Positions 1 through 11,301 of a stretch of 64,000 bases of DNA are shown piece after piece; position 1 is the stretch's first letter; every line of letters begins with the position of its first letter. Origin of the DNA: Planctomycetota bacterium (GTDB lineage Bacteria; Planctomycetota; SZUA-567; H5-PLA8). Location of the stretch: the NCBI GenBank assembly GCA_038227875.1, contig JBBRPR010000004.1:160001-224000 (forward strand). The letters are read 5' to 3'. A program made the position numbers and the translations under genes. The notes under the pieces were generated by a model that was not told where the DNA came from, did no database searches, and saw only the letters and a program-made list of their open reading frames with translations.

Positions 1-2
1 CC

Positions 3-1736
3 GGCTGCATCGATCTGTGCTCGATCTTGAACGTCGAGCCCGACAAGACCGGCGTCGCCGCGTTTGCGCATACATACATCTATTCGCCGTCGGGCCAGCC
101 AGTCGCATACAATCTCATGTTCCAGGGACAAGGCATGCATCGCGTCTGGCTCAATGGCGCCGTGGTGCTCACCAGTCCGCAGAACGAGGACATCGGCACA
201 GGAGCGCGGTTGTCGCTGCCGCTGAAAAAAGGCTGGAATCGCCTGCTGGTGTTGAATGCCCGCACGCTGAACTTCCGCAAGAGCTGGTGGATCAACGGCA
301 GCCTGTTTGGCGACAAGAATCCGGAGTACAACTCGCGCGGCATTGCCTGGCGCACGCCGCTTCCGGCTTCGGGAAGCAGCGCGCCGGTGATTCTCGGCGA
401 CCGCATCTACTGCACCCTGGAAAATGGCTGCGTGATGTGTCTCAACAAGGCCGACGGCAAGCCGCTCTGGTGCCGCACGCTGACGTACTACGACCTGGCA
501 ACAGAGGAAGAGCGAAAGGAGAACGCGCCGGCCTTCGCCGAAATGGCGCCGTTCGCCGAGAAGCTGAAGAAGCTCGATGAGACGGATCTGATTGTCCCGT
601 GGAAGATGCCCCCGCTGGAGGCCGAATTCCGCTGGAGCGTCGAAGCGGCCTTGTACCGCGGCATGGCGAAAATCTCCCGCGAGAAATACGAAGGCGTCTT
701 TTCGCTCTGCGAAGTTGGCGTAAGCGCTCCGGCGCCGATCACGGACGGTGAATCCATTTACGCGGTGTTCGGCACCGGAGTCTGCGTCTGTTATGACCGC
801 GACGGCAACCGAAAATGGATGCGCCTGCTGAATCACAAGGCCGTTGAGCATGGATACACGGCCTCGCCGCTGCTGGTAGACGGAAAGCTGATCGTCTACT
901 TCAACAACCTCACGATCATGAATGCGAAGACCGGCGACGTGATCGTGGATCGTCCGCACTTTCTGGCGCCCGGCACGCAATTCAACTGGTACACCCACTT
1001 TCACGGCGTGGGCTCGGTCATGACCGCTGGAACAGAGAAAGTGCTCTACTTTCTGAACGGAGAGTTTGTGCGGCTCTCCGACGGCAAAACGCTGACGCTT
1101 GACGACAAGAAGCTGGCGGTGCTGGGTCCGGTCAACCATACCGAAGGCGGTGCGAACCGCATTGCGCAGACGTTGGTGGAGAATGGCATCGGCTACAAAA
1201 TCGCGAACAAGTCGAAGCTGGTCACGTTCAAGCTGCCGCCACTCGATGGCGACAAAATCGAACCCGAGATCATTCGCGAGATTCCGTTCAACATCGACAA
1301 GTTCCCGTACTACTACGAAAACTTTTTCGATGCCTCGCCGCTGCTCCTTGACGGCCTGATCTACCTCGTCACCGACTTTGGCGCGCTCACGGTAATCGAC
1401 GTCAACACCGGCGCGACCGTGTACCAGAAGCAGCTCGATCTGGAGGTCTACATGCCGTACAACGCGCCGGACAACCGCTTGAAGGGCGGCGTCTCGGCGA
1501 GCCCAACGCTCGGCGGTAAGTACATCTACCTCTTCGGCAACCAGGGTGCCGTGCTGGTGATCGAACCCGGCCGCACGTACAAACAGGTCGCCAAGCTGCG
1601 CCTGGAAAATCTGCCCGAGAACCAGGCGCCGTGGAGTTTCCAGCATCAGGACGTGACGATGACCGAGCCTGTGTTCGAAGGCGAGCGCATGTACTACCGC
1701 TCCGAAAACGCGTTGTTCTGCATCGGAGCCAAGTGA
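3..1736 (+). CDS. PQQ-like beta-propeller (BamB-like) repeat protein, 5' truncated by the window edge
   Basis: Frame is open from base 3. Repeats such as W..PLP..GSSAPVILGDRIY, ASPLLVDGKL and ASPTLGGKYIY, and a C-terminal YYRSENALFCIG typical of planctomycete PQQ-like proteins. Confidence 0.75.
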   Translation, partial: GCIDLCSILNVEPDKTGVAAFAHTYIYSPSGQPVAYNLMFQGQGMHRVWLNGAVVLTSPQNEDIGTGARLSLPLKKGWNRLLVLNARTLNFRKSWWINGSLFGDKNPEYNSRGIAWRTPLPASGSSAPVILGDRIYCTLENGCVMCLNKADGKPLWCRTLTYYDLATEEERKENAPAFAEMAPFAEKLKKLDETDLIVPWKMPPLEAEFRWSVEAALYRGMAKISREKYEGVFSLCEVGVSAPAPITDGESIYAVFGTGVCVCYDRDGNRKWMRLLNHKAVEHGYTASPLLVDGKLIVYFNNLTIMNAKTGDVIVDRPHFLAPGTQFNWYTHFHGVGSVMTAGTEKVLYFLNGEFVRLSDGKTLTLDDKKLAVLGPVNHTEGGANRIAQTLVENGIGYKIANKSKLVTFKLPPLDGDKIEPEIIREIPFNIDKFPYYYENFFDASPLLLDGLIYLVTDFGALTVIDVNTGATVYQKQLDLEVYMPYNAPDNRLKGGVSASPTLGGKYIYLFGNQGAVLVIEPGRTYKQVAKLRLENLPENQAPWSFQHQDVTMTEPVFEGERMYYRSENALFCIGAK

Positions 1737-1789
1737 CGGCAAGTGTGATCTGCAGTGGTCCGCCGAGCGGCGCATTTTAGCATGAGGTC

Positions 1790-2659
1790 ATGCCCGCTCC
1801 GCAATCCAACCTGGTCTTCAAACATTCGCCGGGCCTGGATTCTGGCGCGACACTGGGTGTGCGGCCGCAGCTGACCTCAATCGCATTGATTACCGTGCGC
1901 GGCGAATACGTTTACGATTGGCATCGTCATGAAAATTATGAATTGATCGTCGTCGCCCGCGCGCCCTACGCGTGTGAACTCAACGACGCCACGTTGAATC
2001 TCAACACCGGCGATGTGCTGGTGGTCAAGCCCGGCGATCGCCACCGCGATCTGTTGAAGGCTCCGGTGAGCTACTACGCGCTGAACCTCTCGTTGCCGAC
2101 GCCGCGCCGAAGCGAGCTCTCGTTTTTCGCCGATGCCATCTCACCGGCGCAACAAGTCTGTGCGCTGCCGGTCGCCATCAAGCTCTGCAAGAAACTCTAC
2201 CGCGAAGGCTTGCGCAATGACGCGGTCTCCGGTCCGCTGCAGAGCGCAATGATCACGCAACTGGTCTGGCGTTTGGTGCGCGCGTTCGATCCGGCCTTGG
2301 TCTCCCCCTATTTGATCCGCCGTTCCGCACAGCAGGAATTCCGCGCCGCGATCGAGCGCTATTTCCTGCAGCACATTTCCGATACGCCCAGTCTCGAAGA
2401 AATCGCCGAAGCCATGCAGATGGGCTCGCGCTCGCTGACCCTGAAATGCAAAGCGTTGCTCCAGACCTCGCCAGTGCGCGCGTTCAAACAATTCAAGCTG
2501 AACCACGCCATGGAACTGCTCCAGCATTCGGCGATGCCGATCAAAGAAATCAGCCGCTACTTCGGCTTCAGCAACCCTTTCCATTTCTCCCGCGAGTTCA
2601 AACGCTGCCACGGAAAGTCCCCATCGGAATTTCGTTCCAGAGATTTGGCCGATGGATAG
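1790..2659 (+). CDS. AraC-family transcriptional regulator
   Basis: N-terminal cupin (WHRHENYE) and C-terminal HTH signature IKEISRYFGFSNPFHFSREFKR..GKSPSEFR. Confidence 0.93.
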   Translation: MPAPQSNLVFKHSPGLDSGATLGVRPQLTSIALITVRGEYVYDWHRHENYELIVVARAPYACELNDATLNLNTGDVLVVKPGDRHRDLLKAPVSYYALNLSLPTPRRSELSFFADAISPAQQVCALPVAIKLCKKLYREGLRNDAVSGPLQSAMITQLVWRLVRAFDPALVSPYLIRRSAQQEFRAAIERYFLQHISDTPSLEEIAEAMQMGSRSLTLKCKALLQTSPVRAFKQFKLNHAMELLQHSAMPIKEISRYFGFSNPFHFSREFKRCHGKSPSEFRSRDLADG

Positions 2660-2737
2660 CGCTCGCGCGAGTTTCATTCGACATTCAACCGTTCCACCGC
2701 AACCAGCGCACGCTTCCACCTGCGCACTCACCCACTT

Positions 2738-2779
2738 CTGGCCCCTGGCCCCTGACCCCTGACCCCTGACCCCTGACCC
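2738..2779. repeat. Tandem heptamer repeat (CTGRCCC)x6
   Basis: ctggccc ctggccc ctgaccc ctgaccc ctgaccc ctgaccc, intergenic. Confidence 0.9.
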
Positions 2780-2892
2780 CTTGGCGCGTCAGCGCCATGC
2801 GCAAACGGATATCTCTTTGCGTTTTCAGCCATGGTGACGGCGCGGTTCCGCGGGGTATGGTTCGTGAGGACACCTCAAGGAGCCAATCCCAC

Positions 2893-3639
2893 GTGAAATC
2901 GATCCCCTACCGTTTGGGCGTAGAGACGTACTGTTTTCGGGAATTCAAAGACAACCGCGAAGTCATCCGCCAGATGAAAGCGGCGGAGCTATCGCACGTC
3001 GAACTCTGCGGCATGCACGCGGACTACTCGAGCACCGCGGCCTTCGATCCGACGCTCAAGCTCTACCGCGACGCCGAGATCAGCATCGACGCGATTTTTC
3101 CGTGGGGCATGAGCAACGATGCCGCCAAGGAGGAATCCTACTACGCCTGCGCGAAAGCCGCGGGCGCGCAAGCGATCTGCGCCCACTTCGGGCCGGTGGA
3201 AATCGAATCCTTCCGCGTCGCCGAACGCCTCGCGGAAAAGTACGACGTCAAGGTCGCACTCCACAATCACGGCGGCTACCACTGGCTGGGCTCGTCGGAG
3301 ATGCTCGACTACGTCTTCAAGCGCACCAGCCCGCGCATCGGCTTGTGTCTCGACACCGCGTGGGCGATGGCCGCCGGGGAAGACTGGCTGCGCATGGCCG
3401 AGAAATTCGCCGATCGGCTTTACGGCATCCACATCAAGGATTTTGTGTTCGACCGTCAGGGCAAGACTACCGACATCGTCTGCGGCAAGGGCAATCTCGA
3501 TCTGGCGAAGCTCGACGCCACACTCACCAAAATCGGATTCACCGGCTACGCCATGCTCGAATACGAAGGCGACGCTGATAACCCGCTGCCCGCAATCAAG
3601 GAATGCGCGGCGGCCGTGCGAAAGGAATTCAAGTCATGA
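2893..3639 (+). CDS. Sugar phosphate isomerase/epimerase (xylose isomerase-like TIM barrel)
   Basis: Motifs ALHNH, CLDTAW, IHIKD, G.GNLD and LEYE. GTG start preceded by AAGGAG. Confidence 0.88.
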   Translation: MKSIPYRLGVETYCFREFKDNREVIRQMKAAELSHVELCGMHADYSSTAAFDPTLKLYRDAEISIDAIFPWGMSNDAAKEESYYACAKAAGAQAICAHFGPVEIESFRVAERLAEKYDVKVALHNHGGYHWLGSSEMLDYVFKRTSPRIGLCLDTAWAMAAGEDWLRMAEKFADRLYGIHIKDFVFDRQGKTTDIVCGKGNLDLAKLDATLTKIGFTGYAMLEYEGDADNPLPAIKECAAAVRKEFKS

Positions 3640-4838
3640 GCAGTAAAATCAAGCTGGCCCTGATCGGCTGCGGAATGATCTCGGGCAATCACGTCGAAGG
3701 TTATCGCGCCTTGAAGCAGGGCGGCTGCGACGAATTCGATGTCGTCGCCGTCTGCGACATGAAACTGGACCTCGCGCAGAAGACCGCCAACACCATCGGC
3801 GCGTTCCAGGGGACAACGCCACGCGTTTTCAAAACACAGACGGAGATGATTCAGAGCAAAATCGCCGACGCCGTCGACATCTGCCTGCCGCACTGCTTCC
3901 ACCACTCCGTGGCGATTCAGTGTCTCGACGCGGGCCTGCATGTCCTGCTGGAAAAACCACTGGGCATCACAGCGTTGGCCAGCCGGCGCATCATCGACGC
4001 CGCCGAACGCAACAAGCGCACGCTCGCCACGGCCGAAAACGTGCGCCGTGATCTTCCCGCGCGCGCGTGTACGTGGGCGTTGCGCGACGCGAAGTTGCTC
4101 GGCGAACTGATCTCCGGCGCCGTCCACGGCGTCCAGAGCACGGGAATCAATATCGACGATCCGGCGTGGCGCTGGCGCGGCGTGCGGCTCCTGACCGGCG
4201 GCGGCATGATCTTCGACAGCGGCGCGCACTTCGCCGACATGATGCTGGTGCTCTTCGGTGAGCCCGACGAGATCTACGCGCGCACGCGGACGTTCGACAC
4301 GCGCGAGGTCAACGACATCCCGCGCCTGGGTAAAGCGAATCTGGACGTGGAAGACAACTGGAACGCCGTGCTGAAATTCAAGAGCGGCGTGGAAGTGAAC
4401 TGGTCGTTCGCGAATCTGGTTCAGCCCGTGCAGAACAATAGCGCCGTCTACTACGGCAGCAAAGGCACGATCCGCGATCTCGGCTGGCCCTTCCATCCAT
4501 TCCAGGGCGGCGGCGAGATGACGCTGAAGGACGGCGCAAAGTTGAGCAGCGATCAGATCCAGAACAAATTCCTGCTGAGTCTGAAGCCCGGCGAAAAGGA
4601 ACGCTTCTTCCCCTACGGCGTCACCGACGGCTTCGGAGTGGAAATCTGGGATTTCGTCAACGCCATCGCAACGAATCGCGCGCCGGAAATGGATGGTTGG
4701 GCCGGGCTGAAGGCCAAGGCACTCTGCCTGTCCTGCTACGAATCCGCGACGTCGGGTCAGGTCGTGAAGTATCAGGATGTGCTCAACGGAAAGGTCGACG
4801 CGTACCAGCAGCCGATCAATCGCTTCTGGGAAATTTAA
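3636..4838 (+). CDS. Gfo/Idh/MocA oxidoreductase
   Basis: IGCGMIS Rossmann motif, HVLLEKP, GGG...DSGAH. ATGA overlap with the upstream gene. Confidence 0.92.
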   Translation: MSSKIKLALIGCGMISGNHVEGYRALKQGGCDEFDVVAVCDMKLDLAQKTANTIGAFQGTTPRVFKTQTEMIQSKIADAVDICLPHCFHHSVAIQCLDAGLHVLLEKPLGITALASRRIIDAAERNKRTLATAENVRRDLPARACTWALRDAKLLGELISGAVHGVQSTGINIDDPAWRWRGVRLLTGGGMIFDSGAHFADMMLVLFGEPDEIYARTRTFDTREVNDIPRLGKANLDVEDNWNAVLKFKSGVEVNWSFANLVQPVQNNSAVYYGSKGTIRDLGWPFHPFQGGGEMTLKDGAKLSSDQIQNKFLLSLKPGEKERFFPYGVTDGFGVEIWDFVNAIATNRAPEMDGWAGLKAKALCLSCYESATSGQVVKYQDVLNGKVDAYQQPINRFWEI

Positions 4839-4949
4839 GCGTGGCGGCAACGCGCGCTGCATAGAGCGCGCGAGTGGCCAGAAGGTGGTGTCGGTTGGCC
4901 GTCCGGGTTGGCGAGCACTTTCCGGACCGCTGCTGCGGCTGCAGTCTGC

Positions 4950-5975
4950 CTACTTGGCTATTACTTCGTCCGTCTTCCACGCGCTCTGGCCGGCGAAATG
5001 GCAGGCGGCACAATGGCCGGCATGGTGCTCGGCCAGCGGCGGTTCCTTCGCGCAGACGTCGGCGGCGAGCGGGCAGCGCGTGCGGAAGCGACAGTCGTCT
5101 TTGAATAGTGTGGCTGCGGGAACGATGCCGGGAATCACGGCCAGTTTGTGGCGGCCGCGCTGGCTGGATCCGGGTTCCGGGCGCGCGCGCAGCAGACCCT
5201 GCGTGTACGGATGCAGCGGCTTGCTGAAGATTTCCGTAGTCCGCGACTGCTCAATGATTTTTCCGGCGTACATCACGAACGTCCGTTCGGCCATCTCCGC
5301 GACGACGCCCAAGTCGTGCGTGATCAGCAGCAGCGAGAGGCGGCGTTCCTGCTGCAGTTTGCGGAGCAGGTCGAGAATCTGTGCCTGGATCGTGACGTCC
5401 AGCGCCGTGGTCGGTTCGTCAGCGATCAGTACTTTCGGATTGCAGATCAGCGCCATGGCGATGCAGATGCGCTGCTTCATGCCGCCGGAAAGCTGATGCG
5501 GATAATCGTGCGCGCGCCGCTGCGGATCGGGAATGCCGACCTGCTTCATCGCATCAAGCGTGCGGTCCCACGCGTCTTTCGAGGACGTTTTCGGATTGTG
5601 CGTCAGCCAGGCTTCGGCGATCTGGCTGCCGACGGTGAAGACCGGATTGAGCGCGCTCTGGGGTTCCTGAAAGATCATCGCGATCTCGCGGCCGCGCACG
5701 CTGCACATCTCGCTTTCGGGCAGGTTGAGCAGGTTGCGGCCGTCGAGCAGAATCTCGCCGGACGGAATCCGCGCCGGCGGCATCGGCAGCAGTCGCATCA
5801 GGGTGAGACTGGTGACCGACTTTCCGCACCCCGATTCGCCAACCAGCGCCACGCATTCTCCCGCGCGGATATTGAACGTGATCCCGTCGACCGCGCGAGC
5901 GATCCCCGCGTCGGTGTAAAAGTGCGTGCGCAGATCCTTGACGTCGAGCAGAATTTTGGATTCGGAGTCAGCCAT
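4950..5975 (-). CDS. Oligopeptide/dipeptide ABC transporter ATP-binding protein (OppD/DppD-like)
   Basis: Walker [29 protein letters not shown] and C-terminal C.F..RC...C...C. Confidence 0.95.
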   Translation of the reverse strand: MADSESKILLDVKDLRTHFYTDAGIARAVDGITFNIRAGECVALVGESGCGKSVTSLTLMRLLPMPPARIPSGEILLDGRNLLNLPESEMCSVRGREIAMIFQEPQSALNPVFTVGSQIAEAWLTHNPKTSSKDAWDRTLDAMKQVGIPDPQRRAHDYPHQLSGGMKQRICIAMALICNPKVLIADEPTTALDVTIQAQILDLLRKLQQERRLSLLLITHDLGVVAEMAERTFVMYAGKIIEQSRTTEIFSKPLHPYTQGLLRARPEPGSSQRGRHKLAVIPGIVPAATLFKDDCRFRTRCPLAADVCAKEPPLAEHHAGHCAACHFAGQSAWKTDEVIAK

Positions 5976-5987
5976 AATCAGGCAGCA

Positions 5988-7307
5988 TCACTTTCTCAAC
6001 TTCGGGTCCATGGCATCGCGGAGACCTTCGCCGACCAGATTCATCAATGTTACGCTCAGGAAAATCATGAAGCCGGGATAGAGCATCAGCCACCAGAGGC
6101 GCACGGGATCCTGGCGGGCCTGGTTGAGCAGTTCGCCCCAGCTGGGCGTGGGCGGTTCGACGCCGAGACCCAAAAAGCCGAGTCCGGTTTCGGAGAGAAT
6201 CGCGCCGGCGACGCCAAACGTCGCAGCCACCAGGACGGGTGCCAGCGCGTTGGGCAGAATATGACGGAAGATGATGCGCGAATCGGAGACACCCAGCGCC
6301 CGCGCCGCGGCGATGTATTCCAGCTGCCTGACTTTCAGCACTTCTCCGCGGATCAATCGCGCGATGCCCATCCAGCCGGTCAGGCCAATGGCGAACATCA
6401 CCCAGAAAATGCTGCGCTGCGGCACGATCGCAATGATCGTCAGAATCAAAAAGAAGGATGGAAAGCAGATGAAGATTTCGATGATGCGCGAGGCAATGAT
6501 GTCGACCCAGCCGCCAAAATATCCAGCGAGACTGCCGAAGAGAATGCCGATCGAGACGGCCAGTCCGATCGCCAGGAATCCGACCGCCAGCGAAATGCGC
6601 GAGCCGTGAATCAACCGCGCGAGAACGTCGTGTCCGTCGGTGTCACTGCCGAACAGATGGCGTTTGTCGGGACCGTTGCTGTTGGTTGACGTCTCAAGTT
6701 CGAGCGAACCCCAAGGCACAACCGTGAATAGCACAGAGTTCCCGGGCACGTCAGCCAGTGCGCGGTAATCGGTTTCATCGTTTTTGCCGCCGAGGAAAAG
6801 CGAGGCGACGAAGAAGATCACGAAAAGTCCCAGCAGCGGGCGGTACCACGTGCCGGAGAAGCTCACCGCGTCGGCCCTTTCAACTCGAACTACGATACGC
6901 GGTACGATGAAATAAAATGCGAGTCCCACCACCAGCGTCATCAATACACAATTGTAAAAACGGTCGAGATGCGAAAGCGGCGAAATGAATTCGCGGATCA
7001 GCGGGAAAGACATGCCAGCCGGCGAGTGGATATACCACGGGAGGCGATTGGCCAGCAGCGGCGCCGTGAGCGCTACGAGGAATAGCAGCCCGAGCACGTA
7101 TAAGGCGAAATAGGCATCGCGGCGTTTGCGGAATTGCTGCCACGTGAGTACCCAGAATCCCCGCGACGAGGGCGGCATCTCGAGGCTCATGACGCCCGGC
7201 GCGGGAGACTCGGCAACTGCCACGGCGGCGACACTGGGCGAATCGGTTGCAGCCATTTTGGGCGCAGTGTCGTCCTGCCCCTGAGGTCCGCGCTCGCCGG
7301 TGCTCAT
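5988..7307 (-). CDS. Oligopeptide ABC transporter permease (OppC/DppC-like)
   Basis: HLFGSD..GHDVLARLIHGSRISL, EAA loop AARALG, and LGFLGLG..PP.PSWG. Confidence 0.93.
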   Translation of the reverse strand: MSTGERGPQGQDDTAPKMAATDSPSVAAVAVAESPAPGVMSLEMPPSSRGFWVLTWQQFRKRRDAYFALYVLGLLFLVALTAPLLANRLPWYIHSPAGMSFPLIREFISPLSHLDRFYNCVLMTLVVGLAFYFIVPRIVVRVERADAVSFSGTWYRPLLGLFVIFFVASLFLGGKNDETDYRALADVPGNSVLFTVVPWGSLELETSTNSNGPDKRHLFGSDTDGHDVLARLIHGSRISLAVGFLAIGLAVSIGILFGSLAGYFGGWVDIIASRIIEIFICFPSFFLILTIIAIVPQRSIFWVMFAIGLTGWMGIARLIRGEVLKVRQLEYIAAARALGVSDSRIIFRHILPNALAPVLVAATFGVAGAILSETGLGFLGLGVEPPTPSWGELLNQARQDPVRLWWLMLYPGFMIFLSVTLMNLVGEGLRDAMDPKLRK

Positions 7308-8614
7308 GATTCCTGCGCCTCAAAGGTGACGCGCGGATCGAGCGTGGGCAGCAGTAAGTCGGAAATCAGAGTGCCGAAGAGCACGAGAATCGCGCCCATG
7401 AATGTTTCAGCCATGACCAAGTTGTAGTCGCGGGCTTCGACGGCTTCGAAAAAGAGCAATCCCATGCCGGGGATGCTGAAGATGGTTTCCACAATCACGG
7501 CGCCACCGATCAGCGCGGGGAAAATCCCGGCGATTTGTACGATCACCGGGGTTAGCGCGTTGGGCAGCGCGTGACGCACGATCACCTGCCAGCCTTTCAA
7601 GCCCTTGGCGCGCGCTGTACGGATGTAATCCTGGCGCATGATTTCCAGCAGACCGACGCGAATGAAACGGCTTTCACCCGCAAGGCTGGCATACGTCAGG
7701 CAGAGCACGGGCATGATGTAATAGGGGACGCACGCTTTGAGCAGATCCAGGTAATGCATCTGCGAAGCGTTTTCGGGTTCGAGGCCGGCGATGGGGAAAC
7801 CGGCGTTGCGAACGGTAAGGTGCGCGGGGTATTGGCCGCTGGCGATGAGTGTTGCCATTTCGCCAATGCTCAGGTTGTTGCCAATCCAGATGGAAATCAA
7901 TGCCAGCGTGCCGAAGAGCAGGATCATCACGCCGGTCCACGAGGCCGAACCCAGAAAGACCGAACCCGCCCGTGAGAGCGCACTGCGTTGCGGGCCTTCG
8001 CCCTTGGACAGATTCTTCTTTGGATAGATGAACATGTTGAGGGCGAATGCAATACAGACGAAAAGTGCGGTCTGTTTTAGTACGGAGATGCCAATGGGCA
8101 GCCAGCTTAAGAAGTAGCCGCCATGTCCAAACGCCACGACAAACACCAATCCCACCCAGAAGGCAGGCAACGAGTAGAGCAGAAAGAGCATCACGGTGAT
8201 GACGCGTTCGCGGATGGTCAGCGACTTCACAGCGCTGTCAACACCCAGAGGCAGGCCTACAAGGTACGCCAGAATGATCGAGAAGATGTTCAGTACGATC
8301 GTGTTGGGCAGACGCTGGAAGATCACGTCAAAGACGAACACTTTGTACTTGGATGAGACGTTGAGTTTCGGGCGGAAGAAATCGTTTACCCAATAAAAAT
8401 ATGCAATGGGTGCGGGCTTGTCGAGATGGAGCAGCTTTTTGTAATCGCCTTGATCGCCGGAAGTCAGAGTCTGGCGCTGCGGGCCTTTCTCAAGGTCGCC
8501 TTTCATGGCGGTCGGATTGCCAGGCGCCAGCCGGATGATCACATACGTCAAAAACGTAATCCCGATCAGCGTCGGGATCATCAACAGCAGGCGTTTTATG
8601 ATGTAGGTCGTCAT
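7304..8614 (-). CDS. Oligopeptide ABC transporter permease (OppB/DppB-like)
   Basis: YIIKRLLLMIPTL...APGNP, DYIRTARAKGL, ETIFSIPGMG, LDPRV. Confidence 0.93.
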   Translation of the reverse strand: MTTYIIKRLLLMIPTLIGITFLTYVIIRLAPGNPTAMKGDLEKGPQRQTLTSGDQGDYKKLLHLDKPAPIAYFYWVNDFFRPKLNVSSKYKVFVFDVIFQRLPNTIVLNIFSIILAYLVGLPLGVDSAVKSLTIRERVITVMLFLLYSLPAFWVGLVFVVAFGHGGYFLSWLPIGISVLKQTALFVCIAFALNMFIYPKKNLSKGEGPQRSALSRAGSVFLGSASWTGVMILLFGTLALISIWIGNNLSIGEMATLIASGQYPAHLTVRNAGFPIAGLEPENASQMHYLDLLKACVPYYIMPVLCLTYASLAGESRFIRVGLLEIMRQDYIRTARAKGLKGWQVIVRHALPNALTPVIVQIAGIFPALIGGAVIVETIFSIPGMGLLFFEAVEARDYNLVMAETFMGAILVLFGTLISDLLLPTLDPRVTFEAQES

Positions 8615-8700
8615 CGACTTCTTAGTTGAGCGCTCGCGGGTTGCGCGGGCCAATTGGTCCGCGTTTTGGCTCGTACAGGCGATTGGCCCGCACGTTTAGG

Positions 8701-11097
8701 CTAGTCTTTCATGCGTTGGTACTGACGTGGCATCCACCAGTATCGGGAGAAAATCTGATCCTTGGCGCCGAACGGAACATATTGAATGCGCTCCTCACCC
8801 GGCTTCAGCGGCAGGTAATTGTTGCGCAGATCGGCGTTGTGCGCGGCCAGCGCCATGGTGTTGAACATGAACGTGTACGGTTCTTCGTCGTGCTGGATTT
8901 CGTGGAAGCGCCAGCAGAGCTTCTGGCGTTCCGAGAAATCGAACGTGCGCCGCAGCTTTTCGATGATCTGATCGGCTTCCGCGTTGACGAAATAACTGTG
9001 GTTGCTGCCCTCGCCGGCGGCCTGCGACGAATGCCAGAGCTGATAAGGGTCGGGATCCCAGCCCAGCGACCAGCCGAGCATGATCGCGTCGAATTCGCGC
9101 TTCTTGATGCGGTTGAGGAAGACGGCCCATTCAATGGGATCGAGTTCGCAATCGACGCCGACTTTTTTCAGATCGGCCTGGACGGAAACGAGAATCTTCT
9201 TGCCGGTTTCCGAAGCGGCCGGGAACAGGATGCGCAACTTGAGCCGCTCGCCGTCCTTGTCCAGGAAACCGTCGCCGTCGTGGTCGGTCCAGCCGGCTTC
9301 GGCAAACAACTTCTTCGCGGCTTCGGGATCGTAGGGCCAGGGCTTGATGTTGGGGTTGTTGTACGGCCCGTTGGAATAGAACGTGCCGCTCACCACTTTG
9401 CCCAGATCGTAAAGAAGCTCGTGTAGAATCTTCTCGCGGTTGATCGACATGGTCAGCGCCTTGCGAACGCGCTTATCGGCCAGTTTTGGCAGGCGGGCGT
9501 TCCAGCCGATGTAGTTGTAATAAAGGTCGTACTGCTTGAACGACTTCAATCCGTGCTCTTCCCCAAACGGCGGCTTGGTCGCGTCTTCTTTCCATTGGGG
9601 AGGCGTCAACCCGCTCATGTCGAGTTTCTTGTTCTTCAACATCTGCAGACGCACGGCGCTTTCTTTAATGATGTGGAAATAGACGATCTTGAAATTTGGC
9701 TTCGTGCCCCAGTAGTTTTCATTACGCTCCAGGACAATGCGCTGCTGCGGGAGCCACTCTTTCAATTTGTAGGGGCCGGTGCCAAAGGCTTCCTTGTTGT
9801 GCGCGCTGGTGTTGAAATCATTGGGGCTTGCGTATTTGTAAATGTGTTCGGGCAACAGCGTCAGACCGGCAGAGGACTCGAACGCACCATTGAACAGTTT
9901 GCGCCAGGTAAAGCGCAGCGTGCTGTCGTCGAGGGCTTCCAGCTTCTCGCAGTCGATGTAATAATTGCGCGCCGGCTGGCAGTCGATGCCCGGATCCTTA
10001 AGCGTATTGAAGGAGAACGCAAAGTCCTTCGTTGTCAGCGGCGTGCCGTCGTGCCATTTGACGCCTTGGCGGAGATGAAACGTATAGTAAAGCTTATCTT
10101 CAAAACTGTAGGTCTCGGTTTTGTCGATCAGCCAGACCTGTCCCTTCGGGCCAAGTTGCTCTTTCTGCGCGAGAAAATCCTTTACCAGTGCCTCTGCCGA
10201 TTCCTTCGTTCCGGGAAGTCGGAAGACGTAACCCGATTCACCTTCCCAGACCTGAGTGCCCACCAGCTTCAATTCCGGTTTGGAAGCAACCAGTGCCACG
10301 AATCGTTCCATGACTTTTCGCGCGTCGGGCAAGTCCTTCTCGCCGGCATCCGGAGCAAACTTGGTGATCACCCACTGGACCGGAACAAATGAATCCAGCG
10401 AAACCACCTTGGCCACTTCAGCCAGGTAGGCGTCGCCGAGCTTCGAAATATCGAGCTTCACTCGGCCATCGGCATCCGCGGAGACCTTGATCCACCGTTT
10501 CGCGTCGGCGGAGAGTCCCGCGTTCAGTTTCTCCGCAAGGTCCTTGCCGGCGCCTTTCGCTGGAATGCCCCAGGAACTCTGAGCCTGCTCCCAATTTGTC
10601 GCCAACTCCGGCACCCAGATGTCCAGGTTCTTGTAATCGCGGCTGGCCAAGCTCTCGCTGATGTACGAATGTACGTCGGAAACCGTGGCGTCGTTTTCCG
10701 TCAGCGGGTTGAGCGTGCCGGGATCGGATCCAAAGGCGCGATAGAGCGTGCCGCCTTCTTCCGCCTTAGGGTCGATGTACTGCTTTTCGGCCTCTTCGAG
10801 TGTCGGAATGATATTGGAATCGGCCGATATAACCGTGCTGGTCGCAGTTCCCGTCGACGTCCCTGTGGCATTTTCCGTTGACGTGTTAGGACCGACGACT
10901 ACGGCGCGGCCGGGTTTCTTCAACTCGGCGAGAATATCGCGAAGTACATTCTCGTGTTCATCCTGCTTCTTGGAAATTTGGTCCATGCGGCCGGCAACAT
11001 CGTGCTCGTTCTGCCGCATGATGATGAACAATTCGATCACGACAATGATCAGCAGAGTACTGAAAACAATATCACGAAAGACACTTCGTTCGCCCAT
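8701..11097 (-). CDS. Family 5 ABC substrate-binding protein (OppA-like) with N-terminal membrane anchor and internal insertion
   Basis: DPGTLNP, YTFHLRQGVKWHDG, GTGPYKL, DKRVRKAL, YDPEAAKKL. Hydrophobic N-terminal helix. Confidence 0.9.
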   Translation of the reverse strand: MGERSVFRDIVFSTLLIIVVIELFIIMRQNEHDVAGRMDQISKKQDEHENVLRDILAELKKPGRAVVVGPNTSTENATGTSTGTATSTVISADSNIIPTLEEAEKQYIDPKAEEGGTLYRAFGSDPGTLNPLTENDATVSDVHSYISESLASRDYKNLDIWVPELATNWEQAQSSWGIPAKGAGKDLAEKLNAGLSADAKRWIKVSADADGRVKLDISKLGDAYLAEVAKVVSLDSFVPVQWVITKFAPDAGEKDLPDARKVMERFVALVASKPELKLVGTQVWEGESGYVFRLPGTKESAEALVKDFLAQKEQLGPKGQVWLIDKTETYSFEDKLYYTFHLRQGVKWHDGTPLTTKDFAFSFNTLKDPGIDCQPARNYYIDCEKLEALDDSTLRFTWRKLFNGAFESSAGLTLLPEHIYKYASPNDFNTSAHNKEAFGTGPYKLKEWLPQQRIVLERNENYWGTKPNFKIVYFHIIKESAVRLQMLKNKKLDMSGLTPPQWKEDATKPPFGEEHGLKSFKQYDLYYNYIGWNARLPKLADKRVRKALTMSINREKILHELLYDLGKVVSGTFYSNGPYNNPNIKPWPYDPEAAKKLFAEAGWTDHDGDGFLDKDGERLKLRILFPAASETGKKILVSVQADLKKVGVDCELDPIEWAVFLNRIKKREFDAIMLGWSLGWDPDPYQLWHSSQAAGEGSNHSYFVNAEADQIIEKLRRTFDFSERQKLCWRFHEIQHDEEPYTFMFNTMALAAHNADLRNNYLPLKPGEERIQYVPFGAKDQIFSRYWWMPRQYQRMKD

Positions 11098-11301
11098 GAA
11101 GCCCTCGCTGGAAGGGAACCCACCGGTGAACTTCTCCGGGGTACGTATTGCTACACACTAGTCGCCGGTCAGACGATGGGTGTGATGGTAGCATGCCCTG
11201 AAATAATTAAAAAGCGCATCCGCGCGCCGTTGCGCGTGCCTGCCGGCGAGAAACGTCGGGGACGCGCGTAGTCTCGCAGGCGTTCACGCCAACCCCAGGC
11301 A

